Assembly: GCA_026705765.1 (NCBI GenBank)
Contig: JAPPAB010000158.1
Span: forward strand, 3,050-67,049
From: Gemmatimonadota bacterium
GTDB lineage: Bacteria; Latescibacterota; UBA2968
DNA: 64,000 nt
Reading direction: 5' to 3'
The notes beneath the pieces are model-generated. The model saw only the letters and a list, made by a program, of their open reading frames with translations. It was not told the DNA's origin and did not search any database. Below, piece after piece: positions 36,170 through 45,068 of the stretch (position 1 is the first letter of the stretch; every line of letters starts with the position of its first letter). Made by a program: the position numbers and the translations under genes.

Positions 36170-36205
36170 CCCGGTGGAAAATCCACCGGGATCTTTTTAT
36201 TTTTC
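36170..36205 (+). terminator. intrinsic terminator after the enolase-superfamily gene
   Basis: CCCGGTGGA (36170-36178), loop AAA, TCCACCGGG (36182-36190), followed by ATCTTTTTATTTTT. The T-rich tail overlaps the stop of the convergent SSS gene. Confidence 0.7.
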
Positions 36206-38080
36206 AAAAAGTGCTTTGCGCTGTGAGGTCACGTTTTCAATGGGAATGGGTTTGGAGAGGCCGACTTTGAAGGCGAGCATCCACATGACGAAGATGCCAA
36301 AGAACAGCATGAGGAGTTGCCAGACCCAGAGCGAGGGCAAACCAAAAGGTGACCAGGTAGCCGGGGTATTGGGGTCGGAAAATAGGGTGTTGCCAACTGT
36401 GGCAAAAGGCCCAAACCCAACGAGGAACCACAAAACTGTGAGGATCCACGCCGGTGTCACCCATTTCTTCTGGTCTTCGGTGAGGCCAGAGACGGCCTGG
36501 ATGAAGGTGTGGTGTTTTTCGCGTTTTTCGCGTTCTTCGCTGTTTTCGGATCCAAATTTCGAGACGAGCAAGGCTATGATCAAGTTGGCGAATATGCCCC
36601 AGCCCGCGCTGTGAATGGTGAGGGGAAATGCGCCCCAGGGAAGTCCAAATACGGATACTGTGCGGTCGGTCAGGGTGACGGCGATAAGGCCAGCAACGAG
36701 GCCCCAGACCACGCCTTTGCGAGTGAGCCAGGGAAAGTAACACACGCCCATGAGAGCCGGGTACATCTGGAAGCCGTAGGCTACGGCCAGGCCACCGAGC
36801 ATGACGATGGCGCCGGTGAATTGTGCGGCGACGAATAGCGCGACCACTGTGACGACGATGACGAAGATGCGCCCACAGAGTTTTTGCACGCTGTCCGATG
36901 CGTCGGGGGCGACGTATTGTTTGTAGAGGTCGCGGGTGACCATGCCCGAGAAGGTGGACATGTAGGCTGCTCCTGTGGATTGCATTGCGGCGAGGGCACA
37001 AACCGCGAGCAAGCCGACGAGCCAGGGAGCCGAATCTGTGAGCAGGTTGATGAGTTGGGGAACGAGGTTTTTGTCATTGGCGGATTCAAAGATGCCGTTT
37101 GCAATGAGGATGTTGCCCCCAATGCCCTGAAAGATGGTGAAGGTGAAGAGGATGATGCCGATGATAATCGAGGATGCCACGACTTGCTGCCAGCGGAAGG
37201 GCTCGCTGGTTTTGTTGGAAAAACACCACATGGAAAAGGCGGGTGAGGATTGAATGCCCATGAGCGCGAACATGTAAGTGAGGCACATCATGCCGGTCCA
37301 AACGCTGCCCTGTGCTTCTGCCCCTGAAGATACGGCCTGGATCGTTCCCGGCATAGCCACGATGTTTGAGTGGCCGGCAGGGGTGAGTTTTTGACCCGAT
37401 GCGAGGTCTTGTTTGACATAATTTGCGAGGCCGTCGGTAAATCCGCCCCAACCTCCTGTAAAGCTGATGGCGATGCCACCGAGGATGATGATGCCGAGGG
37501 CGAGCAAGATGCACTGGGCGCAGTCAACATAGGCTACGGAGCGAAGACCACCGGATGCGACGTAGATCATAACAATGGCAGAGAGGGCAAACATGCCAAT
37601 TTCAATGCCGATCATGCCGTCTGTGAGTACGTGAAAGAGGTCGCCAGAGGCGCGGAGTTGTACGCCGAGATAAGGTACTGAAAAGAGGAAGGCTACGAGA
37701 ACCGTGAGCAGGCGCATGGCATTGCCACCGTAGTAGGTGGTGTACATTTCGCCGGGGGTAATGTGTTCAAAAGCTCGACCAACAACCCATTGGCGGCGCA
37801 AAAAGAGCACGCCGGTAAAGGGAATTGTGAGGGCGTAGAAGGAGGCGAATGCGTAGGGCAGGCCATCGATGAGGATTTTTCCGGGGTGTCCCACAAAGGT
37901 CCAGCCGGAAAAGCTGGTGGCGGTGGCCGCGAGAACAAATACCCATAAGCCAATGGTGCGCCCGGCCACGAAGTAGTCGGTTGATGTACGCGAAGAAATG
38001 GCGCCTCTGACACCCCAGAAGAGGCAATAAGCCCAGTAAAGTCCCACAAAAGCAAAAAGCCAGATTAGTTTAGCGTCCAC
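36197..38080 (-). CDS. sodium:solute symporter (SSS) family transporter with C-terminal extension
   Basis: 627 aa and 13 or more TM segments. The N-terminal region (YWAYCLFWGVRGA....STDYFVAGR) is typical of SSS family members. Confidence 0.85.
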   Translation of the reverse strand: MDAKLIWLFAFVGLYWAYCLFWGVRGAISSRTSTDYFVAGRTIGLWVFVLAATATSFSGWTFVGHPGKILIDGLPYAFASFYALTIPFTGVLFLRRQWVVGRAFEHITPGEMYTTYYGGNAMRLLTVLVAFLFSVPYLGVQLRASGDLFHVLTDGMIGIEIGMFALSAIVMIYVASGGLRSVAYVDCAQCILLALGIIILGGIAISFTGGWGGFTDGLANYVKQDLASGQKLTPAGHSNIVAMPGTIQAVSSGAEAQGSVWTGMMCLTYMFALMGIQSSPAFSMWCFSNKTSEPFRWQQVVASSIIIGIILFTFTIFQGIGGNILIANGIFESANDKNLVPQLINLLTDSAPWLVGLLAVCALAAMQSTGAAYMSTFSGMVTRDLYKQYVAPDASDSVQKLCGRIFVIVVTVVALFVAAQFTGAIVMLGGLAVAYGFQMYPALMGVCYFPWLTRKGVVWGLVAGLIAVTLTDRTVSVFGLPWGAFPLTIHSAGWGIFANLIIALLVSKFGSENSEEREKREKHHTFIQAVSGLTEDQKKWVTPAWILTVLWFLVGFGPFATVGNTLFSDPNTPATWSPFGLPSLWVWQLLMLFFGIFVMWMLAFKVGLSKPIPIENVTSQRKALFEK

Positions 38081-38166
38081 GAAAAGCCCTCCCTGTTATG
38101 CCTGTATAGCGATGCTGTTGGCGCTTACATCATAATATTTCAAAAACAGAATGGCAACCTTTGATT

Positions 38167-39444
38167 TCACCATGCAACCATCGCATCTTTGAACAGGTTC
38201 TCCAGGTCTTCGGCTGTTGCGGGACGCGGTGAGAGTTTGGTGACGCGGTGCTGGGGGAGGGTGCCTTCGACGAGTGCGGGGATGTCGCTTTCGGTGAATC
38301 CGATTGCTGACAGGCCATTGGGTACTTCGAGTTGTTTCATCAGGGCGACGATTTGATCGGCGAGGATGTGGCCCGCTTCGTCGGGAGATGCGCTGGAGAT
38401 GTCTGCGCCCATAATTTGTGCTGCCCGAAGGTGGCGGTCTGGACGCGCGGGGCCTGTGAAGCGAAAGACGGGAGGGGCGTTGAGGACGACGGACATGCCG
38501 TGTGGGATGATGGCGTGGTCCGTGATCATGCCTTTGGGTTTGAAGTCTCTCACCATACCTGAGACGGGATACGACATGCCGTGGCAGAGGTGAACGCCTG
38601 CATTGCCAAAGCCGATGCCGGCGAGCGATGCGGCGAGGATCATTTGCGCGCGGGCTTCGTCGTCATCGGGGTTGCGAACCGCGCGGGGCAGGTATTGCGT
38701 GGTCATTTCAATGGCTTTGAGTGCCCACATGTCGGAAATGGGATTGGCGCCCTGATAGGCGGGGCGTTCGATTGGGCGATGGGGCCTGGGGCGTTCGGTA
38801 TAGGGGATGGCAGTGAAGGATTCGAGGGCGTGGCAAAGGACATCGAGGCCGGTTGCCGCCGCGATAGAAGGCGGCATGGTGCGCGTGTTTTCGGGATCGA
38901 CAATGGCGAGGTCGGGTTTGAGATAGCGGTGTGCGATGCCGGTTTTGACGTGGCGGTCAGAGAGGTCCATAATGGCTACGCCCGTGGTTTCGCTTCCCGT
39001 GCCGGCTGTGGTGGGTATGGCAAAGAGGGGTTTGACGGGGCCGGGAACGGGTTTGCCCTGGCCGATGGGTGCGTTGATATAGGCGAAGAAGTCGTCGGGA
39101 TAGGTTGCAAATAAGTTGGCTGCTTTTGCCGTGTCGATAGATGACCCCCCCCCGATGGCGACATAGCCTTCGTAAGCGCCTTCTGTGGCGATGGCAATGG
39201 CGTCTTTGAAAGAGACATCTGTGGGTTCCACGCGCACGCGGTTGAACAAATCGTATTCTATGCCTTCGGATTCCAGGCTCTCTCTCGCGGTTTGAACGGG
39301 GGGGAGATCGACGAGGTTGGGATCGGTGATGACGAGGACGCGCTTGAGGCCCATGTCGGACAGGTCCATGCCGATCTCTCGCGTTGTTCCCACCCCGAAT
39401 CGCAGGTTTGAGGCGCCCATTTGAAATGCGGTGTCTTTGTTCAT
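38167..39444 (-). CDS. iron-containing alcohol dehydrogenase, hydroxyacid-oxoacid transhydrogenase (ADHFE1)-like
   Basis: Blocks NLRFGVGTTREIGMDL, PPVQ, RVEPTD, YVAIGGGSSIDTAKAANLFA, APIGQGKPVPGPVKPLFAIPTTAGTGSETTGVAIMDL are colinear with my recollection of ADHFE1/HOT. His-rich metal site present (HALES, HLCHGMSY). Confidence 0.85.
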   Translation of the reverse strand: MNKDTAFQMGASNLRFGVGTTREIGMDLSDMGLKRVLVITDPNLVDLPPVQTARESLESEGIEYDLFNRVRVEPTDVSFKDAIAIATEGAYEGYVAIGGGSSIDTAKAANLFATYPDDFFAYINAPIGQGKPVPGPVKPLFAIPTTAGTGSETTGVAIMDLSDRHVKTGIAHRYLKPDLAIVDPENTRTMPPSIAAATGLDVLCHALESFTAIPYTERPRPHRPIERPAYQGANPISDMWALKAIEMTTQYLPRAVRNPDDDEARAQMILAASLAGIGFGNAGVHLCHGMSYPVSGMVRDFKPKGMITDHAIIPHGMSVVLNAPPVFRFTGPARPDRHLRAAQIMGADISSASPDEAGHILADQIVALMKQLEVPNGLSAIGFTESDIPALVEGTLPQHRVTKLSPRPATAEDLENLFKDAMVAW

Positions 39445-39541
39445 GTGTTGATTCCGATAATTAGCAGTTTTGATATAGTTGATTTTTCAGGTACATCGCC
39501 CAGTGTTCGCTAAGCGATGCACCGTAATTCGATCTCTTGCC

Positions 39542-39985
39542 TCACATGTCCATGTCCATGTCTTCGTCCGCAGTTGCGGCAATATGGCCCTCGATTTTGC
39601 CGATCATTTCATCGGCGGTGTTTTCCTTAGTCAGGGTTTCCATCAGGGCCTTATCTGAGGGGTTGATGATCAGGACCAGCCCGGTCTTGTTATTGGTTTT
39701 GAGGTGTTGCTCTATGCCGAGGGCTGCAGCCAGCAGGCGAGCTTGGCCGGTACGGTCTTCGTCGGTCACGTCCAGGATGAGAAAGAGAACAGGCTCGGCA
39801 GACATGGTTTCTCGAACTTCGTCGAGAATGGGCACCAGTGCTTTGCAGGAGCTACACCAGTCGGCGTGTACTTTGACCACGTACAGGGCTGGCGTGCCTT
39901 CGCCTTCTACTTCGACGGTGCCTGCAAAGGCGGAAGATGTGGTGAATAAAAAGGCGAGGGCGATGAGGGTGCGTCGGGCTTGCAT
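39542..39985 (-). CDS. secreted thioredoxin-fold protein (CxxC) with acidic/Met C-terminal tail
   Basis: ATG 39985 is preceded by AAGGAG. Signal peptide MQARRTLIALAFLFTTSSAFA, CxxC motif in VHADWCSSCKAL, and C-terminus ATADEDMDMDM encoded by (CATGTC)3 at 39545-39562. Confidence 0.7.
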   Translation of the reverse strand: MQARRTLIALAFLFTTSSAFAGTVEVEGEGTPALYVVKVHADWCSSCKALVPILDEVRETMSAEPVLFLILDVTDEDRTGQARLLAAALGIEQHLKTNNKTGLVLIINPSDKALMETLTKENTADEMIGKIEGHIAATADEDMDMDM

Positions 39986-40106
39986 GGGTGTACTCCTTGG
40001 AATGGGTGAATGAGCCACGTCGTTGACTCGGGTCTGCAATAAGATATGTGTTTCTCTAACTCAGGTAAAAAAAATAAGTTGCAAAAAACAGACTGGATTA
40101 CTGCGT

Positions 40107-41045
40107 CTATCTTTCGCGATGTCTCAATCTATCGACCGCCACGGCGATGACGATAATAATGCCGGTGACGATTTCTTGCACCCAATTTGGCAAGCCCATT
40201 TGCGAACAGCCAGATCGGATGACGGTCATGATCAATGCGCCGACCACGCTGCCGAGTACTGAGCCTTCGCCGCCCGAGAGGCTGCCCCCGCCGATGACAA
40301 CGGCTGCGATGACGTCGAGTTCGAGGCCAACGGCGACCGTGGGATCGCCTACGGTGAGGCGCGAAAATTGGAGGAGTCCGGCTATGCCCGCGGACGTTCC
40401 TGCGAGGGCATAGACGAGTAATTTGGTGGCTTCGACGCGGATACCGCACAGGCGAGCCGTGTTTTCATTGGATCCAATGGCGACGATGTGTTTGCCGGGG
40501 CGGGTATAGGCGAGGAATCCGCCGGTGAGCAGGGCGAGGATGATGAGGAGCCATACGCCGGGCGGGAATATCCACCACGCACCTTGCGGTAGTGCTGCGA
40601 GCAGGTCAATAAGATAGGTGAGGGGGGCGTCGATTTTTTGTTCGCTGGCCAGTCCTTTGGCAATGCCGCGCACGAGCAGTAGCGTGCCGAGTGTGACGAT
40701 AAAGGGCACGACGCGAAAACGGGTGATGATCAGGCCGTTGACAAGGCCACACAGTGCACCTGTGAGTATGCCGACGAGCGCGGCAACAGGGGGTGATAGG
40801 TCCGCCTGGAGCGATGCGGCGATGGTGACAGTGGTCAGGGCTATGATGGAACCGACGGAAAGATCAATACCTCCGGCAATGATGACGAGGGTCATGCCGA
40901 GTGCTGCTGTGCCGACGATGGCGGTTTGGCGTGCGATGGTTTCGAGGTTGCGGCCACTGCTAAAGCTGTCGGGACCGAGAATGGCGAATAGGCCGTACAC
41001 TGCAAAGAGGCCGATCAGAGGGGCAAAGCGCGATAGATGATTCAC
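40107..41045 (-). CDS. sugar ABC transporter permease (RbsC/branched-sugar type)
   Basis: Typical block GGIDLSVGSIIALT, 8-10 TM segments. GTG 41045 is preferred because it overlaps the ATPase stop as GTGA; the track start 41096 would overlap the ATPase gene by 55 nt. Confidence 0.85.
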   Translation of the reverse strand: MNHLSRFAPLIGLFAVYGLFAILGPDSFSSGRNLETIARQTAIVGTAALGMTLVIIAGGIDLSVGSIIALTTVTIAASLQADLSPPVAALVGILTGALCGLVNGLIITRFRVVPFIVTLGTLLLVRGIAKGLASEQKIDAPLTYLIDLLAALPQGAWWIFPPGVWLLIILALLTGGFLAYTRPGKHIVAIGSNENTARLCGIRVEATKLLVYALAGTSAGIAGLLQFSRLTVGDPTVAVGLELDVIAAVVIGGGSLSGGEGSVLGSVVGALIMTVIRSGCSQMGLPNWVQEIVTGIIIVIAVAVDRLRHRER

Positions 41046-42535
41046 AGTGCGACCTCCTGTCCCGTTGCTTCGAGCATGAGGCTGTGTTCGCTGCACTGAT
41101 CAACAGGACGCGCTGGGCCGAGTTGACCACGGTACATGACGGCGATGCGATCGCATATCCCGAGGAGTTCGGGCAGATAACTGCTTACGAGGAGAATGGC
41201 TTTGCCCTGTGTTGCGAGTTGGTCAATCAGGTGGTAGATGTCGGCTTTGCTGGCTATGTCAATACCGCGCGTGGGTTCGTCTAAAAGGAGGCAATCTACG
41301 TCGTGGTGGAGCAGGCGGGCGAGCGCGACTTTTTGCTGGTTGCCACCGGAGAGGTCTGCAATGGACTGTGCAGGTCCCGATGTGCGAATGCCGAGGCGAG
41401 ATATCCACTGGCGGGCAATGGCGCGCAGTTTTTTAGGGAGGATGATCCCGCTGGGTAGGCGCGATAGGGTGAGGTTATCGGTCAGACTCATCGATTGGGC
41501 GAGACCCTCTTCTTTGCGGTCTTCGCTGAGCAATCCCATTCCCTGAGCGAGGCGCTGTGCAGGTGTTGCGCGGGCAGTGTTGTGCGCGAAGGTGATATTG
41601 CCTTTGCGGATGGGGGCAAGGCCAAAGAGGGCGCGCAAGAGTTCTGTGCGGCCAGCACCGATGAGTCCACCTATGCCGAGTACTTCTCCGCGGTGCAGGA
41701 CGAGAGATGCGCTGTGAGGGAGAGGGGCTCCAGCGAGATCTGTGAGGTTGAGGAGGGGTTCGCCCGGCGTGCGTTTGGAGCGCGGGAAAAAGTCGTCAAT
41801 TTGCCGGCCGACCATGAGGTGAACGATGTTGGGTATGGGCGTTTGGGCGACCGGGCCACTGCCGGCTTTTTTGCCGTCTCGGAGGACTGTGAATTGATCG
41901 GCGATTTCTTTGATTTCTTCGAGGAAGTGCGAGATATAGACGATTGCCAAATTCCGCGCTTTCAGGCGTTGCATCACGCGAAATAGACGGTTGGCATCTG
42001 CGCGCGTGAGGCTGCTGGTGGGTTCGTCGAGGACGAGGACGCGACATTGAACAGATAGTGCGCGCGCAATTTCTACGATTTGTCGTTCGGCAATGGTGAG
42101 GGTGCTCACGCGGGCGTGGGGATCGATATCGGCATGGTCGAGTTCTGTTAGCGCGTTTTGGACAAGGGCGTGCATGTCTGATTTTTGCAATAATCCGCGT
42201 CGCGTGATTTCCATTCCGAGGAGGACGTTTTCTACAACAGTTAGATGGGGTGCGAGGGAGAGTTCTTGATAGATCATGGCGACGCCCTGCTGGCGCGCCT
42301 GGAGGGGATTGGCTGGCGCGAAGGCCAATCCGTCAACGGTCATTTCTCCTGCATCGGGTTGCAAGGCTCCCGATAGCACTTTCATCAAGGTGCTTTTGCC
42401 TGCGCCATTTTCACCGATGAGGGCGTGGATTTCGCCGGCTGAAACGGCAAAATCGACATTGTCGAGCGCGATGGTTGCGCCAAAGGTTTTGCGAATGCCG
42501 TGCATGGCAAAGCGCGGATGTTTGGGAATGGACAT
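41042..42535 (-). CDS. sugar ABC transporter ATP-binding protein (duplicated NBD, RbsA-like)
   Basis: Two NBDs: Walker A GENGAGKST, signature and Walker B (LVLDEPTS), plus a second-half LSGGNQQKV.LA..L and LLLDEPTRGID. Confidence 0.9.
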   Translation of the reverse strand: MSIPKHPRFAMHGIRKTFGATIALDNVDFAVSAGEIHALIGENGAGKSTLMKVLSGALQPDAGEMTVDGLAFAPANPLQARQQGVAMIYQELSLAPHLTVVENVLLGMEITRRGLLQKSDMHALVQNALTELDHADIDPHARVSTLTIAERQIVEIARALSVQCRVLVLDEPTSSLTRADANRLFRVMQRLKARNLAIVYISHFLEEIKEIADQFTVLRDGKKAGSGPVAQTPIPNIVHLMVGRQIDDFFPRSKRTPGEPLLNLTDLAGAPLPHSASLVLHRGEVLGIGGLIGAGRTELLRALFGLAPIRKGNITFAHNTARATPAQRLAQGMGLLSEDRKEEGLAQSMSLTDNLTLSRLPSGIILPKKLRAIARQWISRLGIRTSGPAQSIADLSGGNQQKVALARLLHHDVDCLLLDEPTRGIDIASKADIYHLIDQLATQGKAILLVSSYLPELLGICDRIAVMYRGQLGPARPVDQCSEHSLMLEATGQEVAL

Positions 42536-42555
42536 AGAGGATGTGCCTGACCGCT

Positions 42556-44076
42556 TTATCGGACAAATCCCAACGTGCGGTGGATAATGTGCGGGTCAAT
42601 CACGACAGCGGGTTTTGAACTGGGTGTAATTTGTTTTCCGAAAGCAGAAGCAAATGCGAGGAAGTCCGAGAAGCCTACCATACTATCTGCATCAATGTCG
42701 AATCGCGGGTCAAAATCCGGGTCCGAACTGCTCTTGCCAAAGTGGGCAGCGAACAGGAGGAAGTCCGAGAAGCCGATCGTGAGATCGCCGTCAAAATCGA
42801 AAATTTCGAGTGCAACCGTGGGGGTGAATCGAACTTTTTCGAGGTACGCAAATAACAGGTCGAGATCCCGAGATGACTCAGAGATTAACACATCTGTTTC
42901 TCGCTGCTCAATCCTGAAGTCTGTGGTTCCGCGGTGTTTTATTGCGAGCACGTCTTCGTAGGCAGTCTTGAACTCTGTCGCATCCCGTTCCGTATCCCAT
43001 GTCGTGAACAGGACGAGCGCGGGTGCGCCATCGCGGTGTTTGAGGACGACATACTGGTCGCCATGCCAGCCTGCGGCCGCTGCGTGTGATGGGGTGTTGA
43101 CATCAAAGGTATTGAAGATGATTCTGAGTCCAAATTCGCCCAGTGTATCTCGATCCAGCAATTCCCAGTTTCCTGCGAAGGATTCATTTGCCAAATCAGG
43201 AAGTGCGATCTCCTCGGGAGATTCTCCTGCGAAGTATTTGGCCGGGTGGAGGATGTGTTCCATAGACATTGGCAGATTGGTGTACGCGCGATTCACTGTT
43301 GCCCAACCCCCGCGTTTTTTCAGGTCAAATACAAAGGCCAGTCCGCGAAAGTAGATTCCAAGTTGCTGTTCAAATATAAAATCGGGGGTTTCGTCAATCG
43401 CCTGGACGACCTGTGGATCGGACTCTACATCTTTGAGGTTGCGCTTGACTTCGCCAACCGTTGTGTTGGCAATCGTGTTTACGAATTGTTGTAGTTGGGC
43501 ATCTGACATCGCTTGTCCAGCGCGATCTAAAGACCAGAGGTATTCCACCAGCGTTGCATCGCCTTCTGCCAGAGCTTGACGGGCTAATAATTCATCGCTG
43601 TTTGTAGCGCTGAGCAAGCGGTCGAGTCCAAAGTGCTGGTCCTGTAGCACATGCGTAAGTTCATGGACTACGATTACTCGAAGCTCTTGTATGGGAATTG
43701 ATCCTATCGGGATGTTGATAGAACGGTTTGCGGGATAGTAATAGGCACCTATTTGGCTCTGTGAGGCTCTTATCAGAGCTTCGAAGTCGAAGGGAATACC
43801 TCCGTGGTACAACCCGATGGCGCGAATGAATAGATCGTAGTTTTGACGAATTGTTTGCGGTACAGTCTGATTGAACTCATCGTTTATGAATGCGGTGATT
43901 TCCGCGTTTGTCTGATAGCGTATTGTGAATGGCTGGATGAAGTTGAGCGATCGAATTGACGATACCTGTGGCTTAATCGTTTCGCTCATCGCAGTCAGGC
44001 CGGGTAAGAACTGCGATAGGGCGATTGAGGGGGTGGCGGTGATAATTATTGCAATTCGGAAAAGTTTTTTCACCAT
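42556..44076 (-). CDS. secreted putative zinc metalloprotease (HExxH) with C-terminal dockerin/EF-hand-like repeat pair
   Basis: ATG 44076 gives the signal peptide MVKKLFRIAIIITATPSIALSQ. Motif VVHELTHVLQDQHF with downstream EGDATLVE. The C-terminus has two Ca-loop repeats: DFDGDLTIGFSDFLLFAAHFG and DIDADSMVGFSDFLAFASAFG. Confidence 0.65.
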   Translation of the reverse strand: MVKKLFRIAIIITATPSIALSQFLPGLTAMSETIKPQVSSIRSLNFIQPFTIRYQTNAEITAFINDEFNQTVPQTIRQNYDLFIRAIGLYHGGIPFDFEALIRASQSQIGAYYYPANRSINIPIGSIPIQELRVIVVHELTHVLQDQHFGLDRLLSATNSDELLARQALAEGDATLVEYLWSLDRAGQAMSDAQLQQFVNTIANTTVGEVKRNLKDVESDPQVVQAIDETPDFIFEQQLGIYFRGLAFVFDLKKRGGWATVNRAYTNLPMSMEHILHPAKYFAGESPEEIALPDLANESFAGNWELLDRDTLGEFGLRIIFNTFDVNTPSHAAAAGWHGDQYVVLKHRDGAPALVLFTTWDTERDATEFKTAYEDVLAIKHRGTTDFRIEQRETDVLISESSRDLDLLFAYLEKVRFTPTVALEIFDFDGDLTIGFSDFLLFAAHFGKSSSDPDFDPRFDIDADSMVGFSDFLAFASAFGKQITPSSKPAVVIDPHIIHRTLGFVR

Positions 44077-44087
44077 TTTTTCACCAT

Positions 44088-45068
44088 TTATTTGAGCCAC
44101 TTATCCAGATCGGGGGTTAATACATCTTTGATGTCAGGATCGTTCATGTTGTCTTTGGTGACGAGGGCAACGCCGGTGTCAACGCGTTTTTCAACGGGTT
44201 GGTTTTGGAGGTGTGCTACTATGGTTTTGACGCCGAGGTAGCCCATTCTAAAGGGGTTTTGCAGTACAAGCCCGTGGATCTGGTCGTTTTCGAGGGCTTC
44301 TACGAGTTTTTCCGAACTGTCAAAGCCGATGAATATGACACTGCCAGCGAGGCCCGCGTCTTGCAGAGCGCGCAGCATGCCAAATGTGGTGGATTCGTTG
44401 GGGCAGAAGATGCCCTGGATGGTGAGTTTGCCATCTGCGTCTTTCAAGGGAGCGAGCAAGTTTTCGCTGGCCTGATACGCGCTTTCGGTGGTGGCGCCGC
44501 CGTGTTGGTTTGATGAGGTGATCTCGATGTTTGTATGCTCGCCAATTGCGTCGAGGAAGCCCTGTTCGCGTTTCATTGTGCTGGCAGAGCCTTCCTGGTA
44601 ACGCAGCATGATGACTTTGCCCTTTTCGCCCAGGCGTTGGGCCATGTCGGCACCTGCGAGGCGTCCTCCGCGATAATTGTCGGTGGCGACAAAGGAGGCG
44701 AAGTCATCGCTTTGAAGGCCGGAGTCGATGATGACGACCGGGATGCCGCTGCGCACGGCATTGGCGACGGGTACGCGAAGGGCGGTGTCGTCGAGGGGCG
44801 CGAGCACAATGCCCGAAACGCCGCGAGAGATGAAGTTTTCGACCAGTGCGATCTGGTCTTCGCGGTCGTCTTCTTTGAGCGGGCCTTTCCATATTATTTT
44901 TATGTCTAACTCGCGCTGTGCTTTGACTGCGCCTGCGTGAATCGATTTCCAGAACTCGTGGGTTGTGCCTTTGGGGATGACAGCAATGGTCGTTTTTGCC
45001 GGGTCGGTTTGTTCACTGCCACAAGCGATAAAGAGCATGAGGGTCAATGAGATTAAGACGCGATTCAT
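44088..45068 (-). CDS. sugar ABC transporter substrate-binding lipoprotein (RbsB-like, periplasmic binding protein type I)
   Basis: Lipoprotein signal LMLFIACGS. IAVIPKGTTHEFW.....GA and GVSGIVLAPLD are typical of ribose/galactose-type binding proteins. Confidence 0.85.
   Translation of the reverse strand: MNRVLISLTLMLFIACGSEQTDPAKTTIAVIPKGTTHEFWKSIHAGAVKAQRELDIKIIWKGPLKEDDREDQIALVENFISRGVSGIVLAPLDDTALRVPVANAVRSGIPVVIIDSGLQSDDFASFVATDNYRGGRLAGADMAQRLGEKGKVIMLRYQEGSASTMKREQGFLDAIGEHTNIEITSSNQHGGATTESAYQASENLLAPLKDADGKLTIQGIFCPNESTTFGMLRALQDAGLAGSVIFIGFDSSEKLVEALENDQIHGLVLQNPFRMGYLGVKTIVAHLQNQPVEKRVDTGVALVTKDNMNDPDIKDVLTPDLDKWLK

Noticed and set aside
36237-37001. 254-aa ORF on the same strand as the SSS transporter but in another frame
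   Set aside because: Arg/His/Pro-rich translation. The overlapping frame encodes a coherent multi-TM SSS protein.
39145-39153. C9 homopolymer (G9 on the coding strand) inside the Fe-ADH gene, considered as a phase-variation tract or frameshift
   Set aside because: It encodes the conserved GGG of the AIGGGSSIDTAKA cofactor motif and the reading frame is intact across it. It remains a likely sequencing-error hotspot, but there is no evidence of a switch.
40040-40106. T-rich intergenic stretch after the sugar ABC permease, considered as a terminator
   Set aside because: No convincing GC-rich stem precedes the T-runs.
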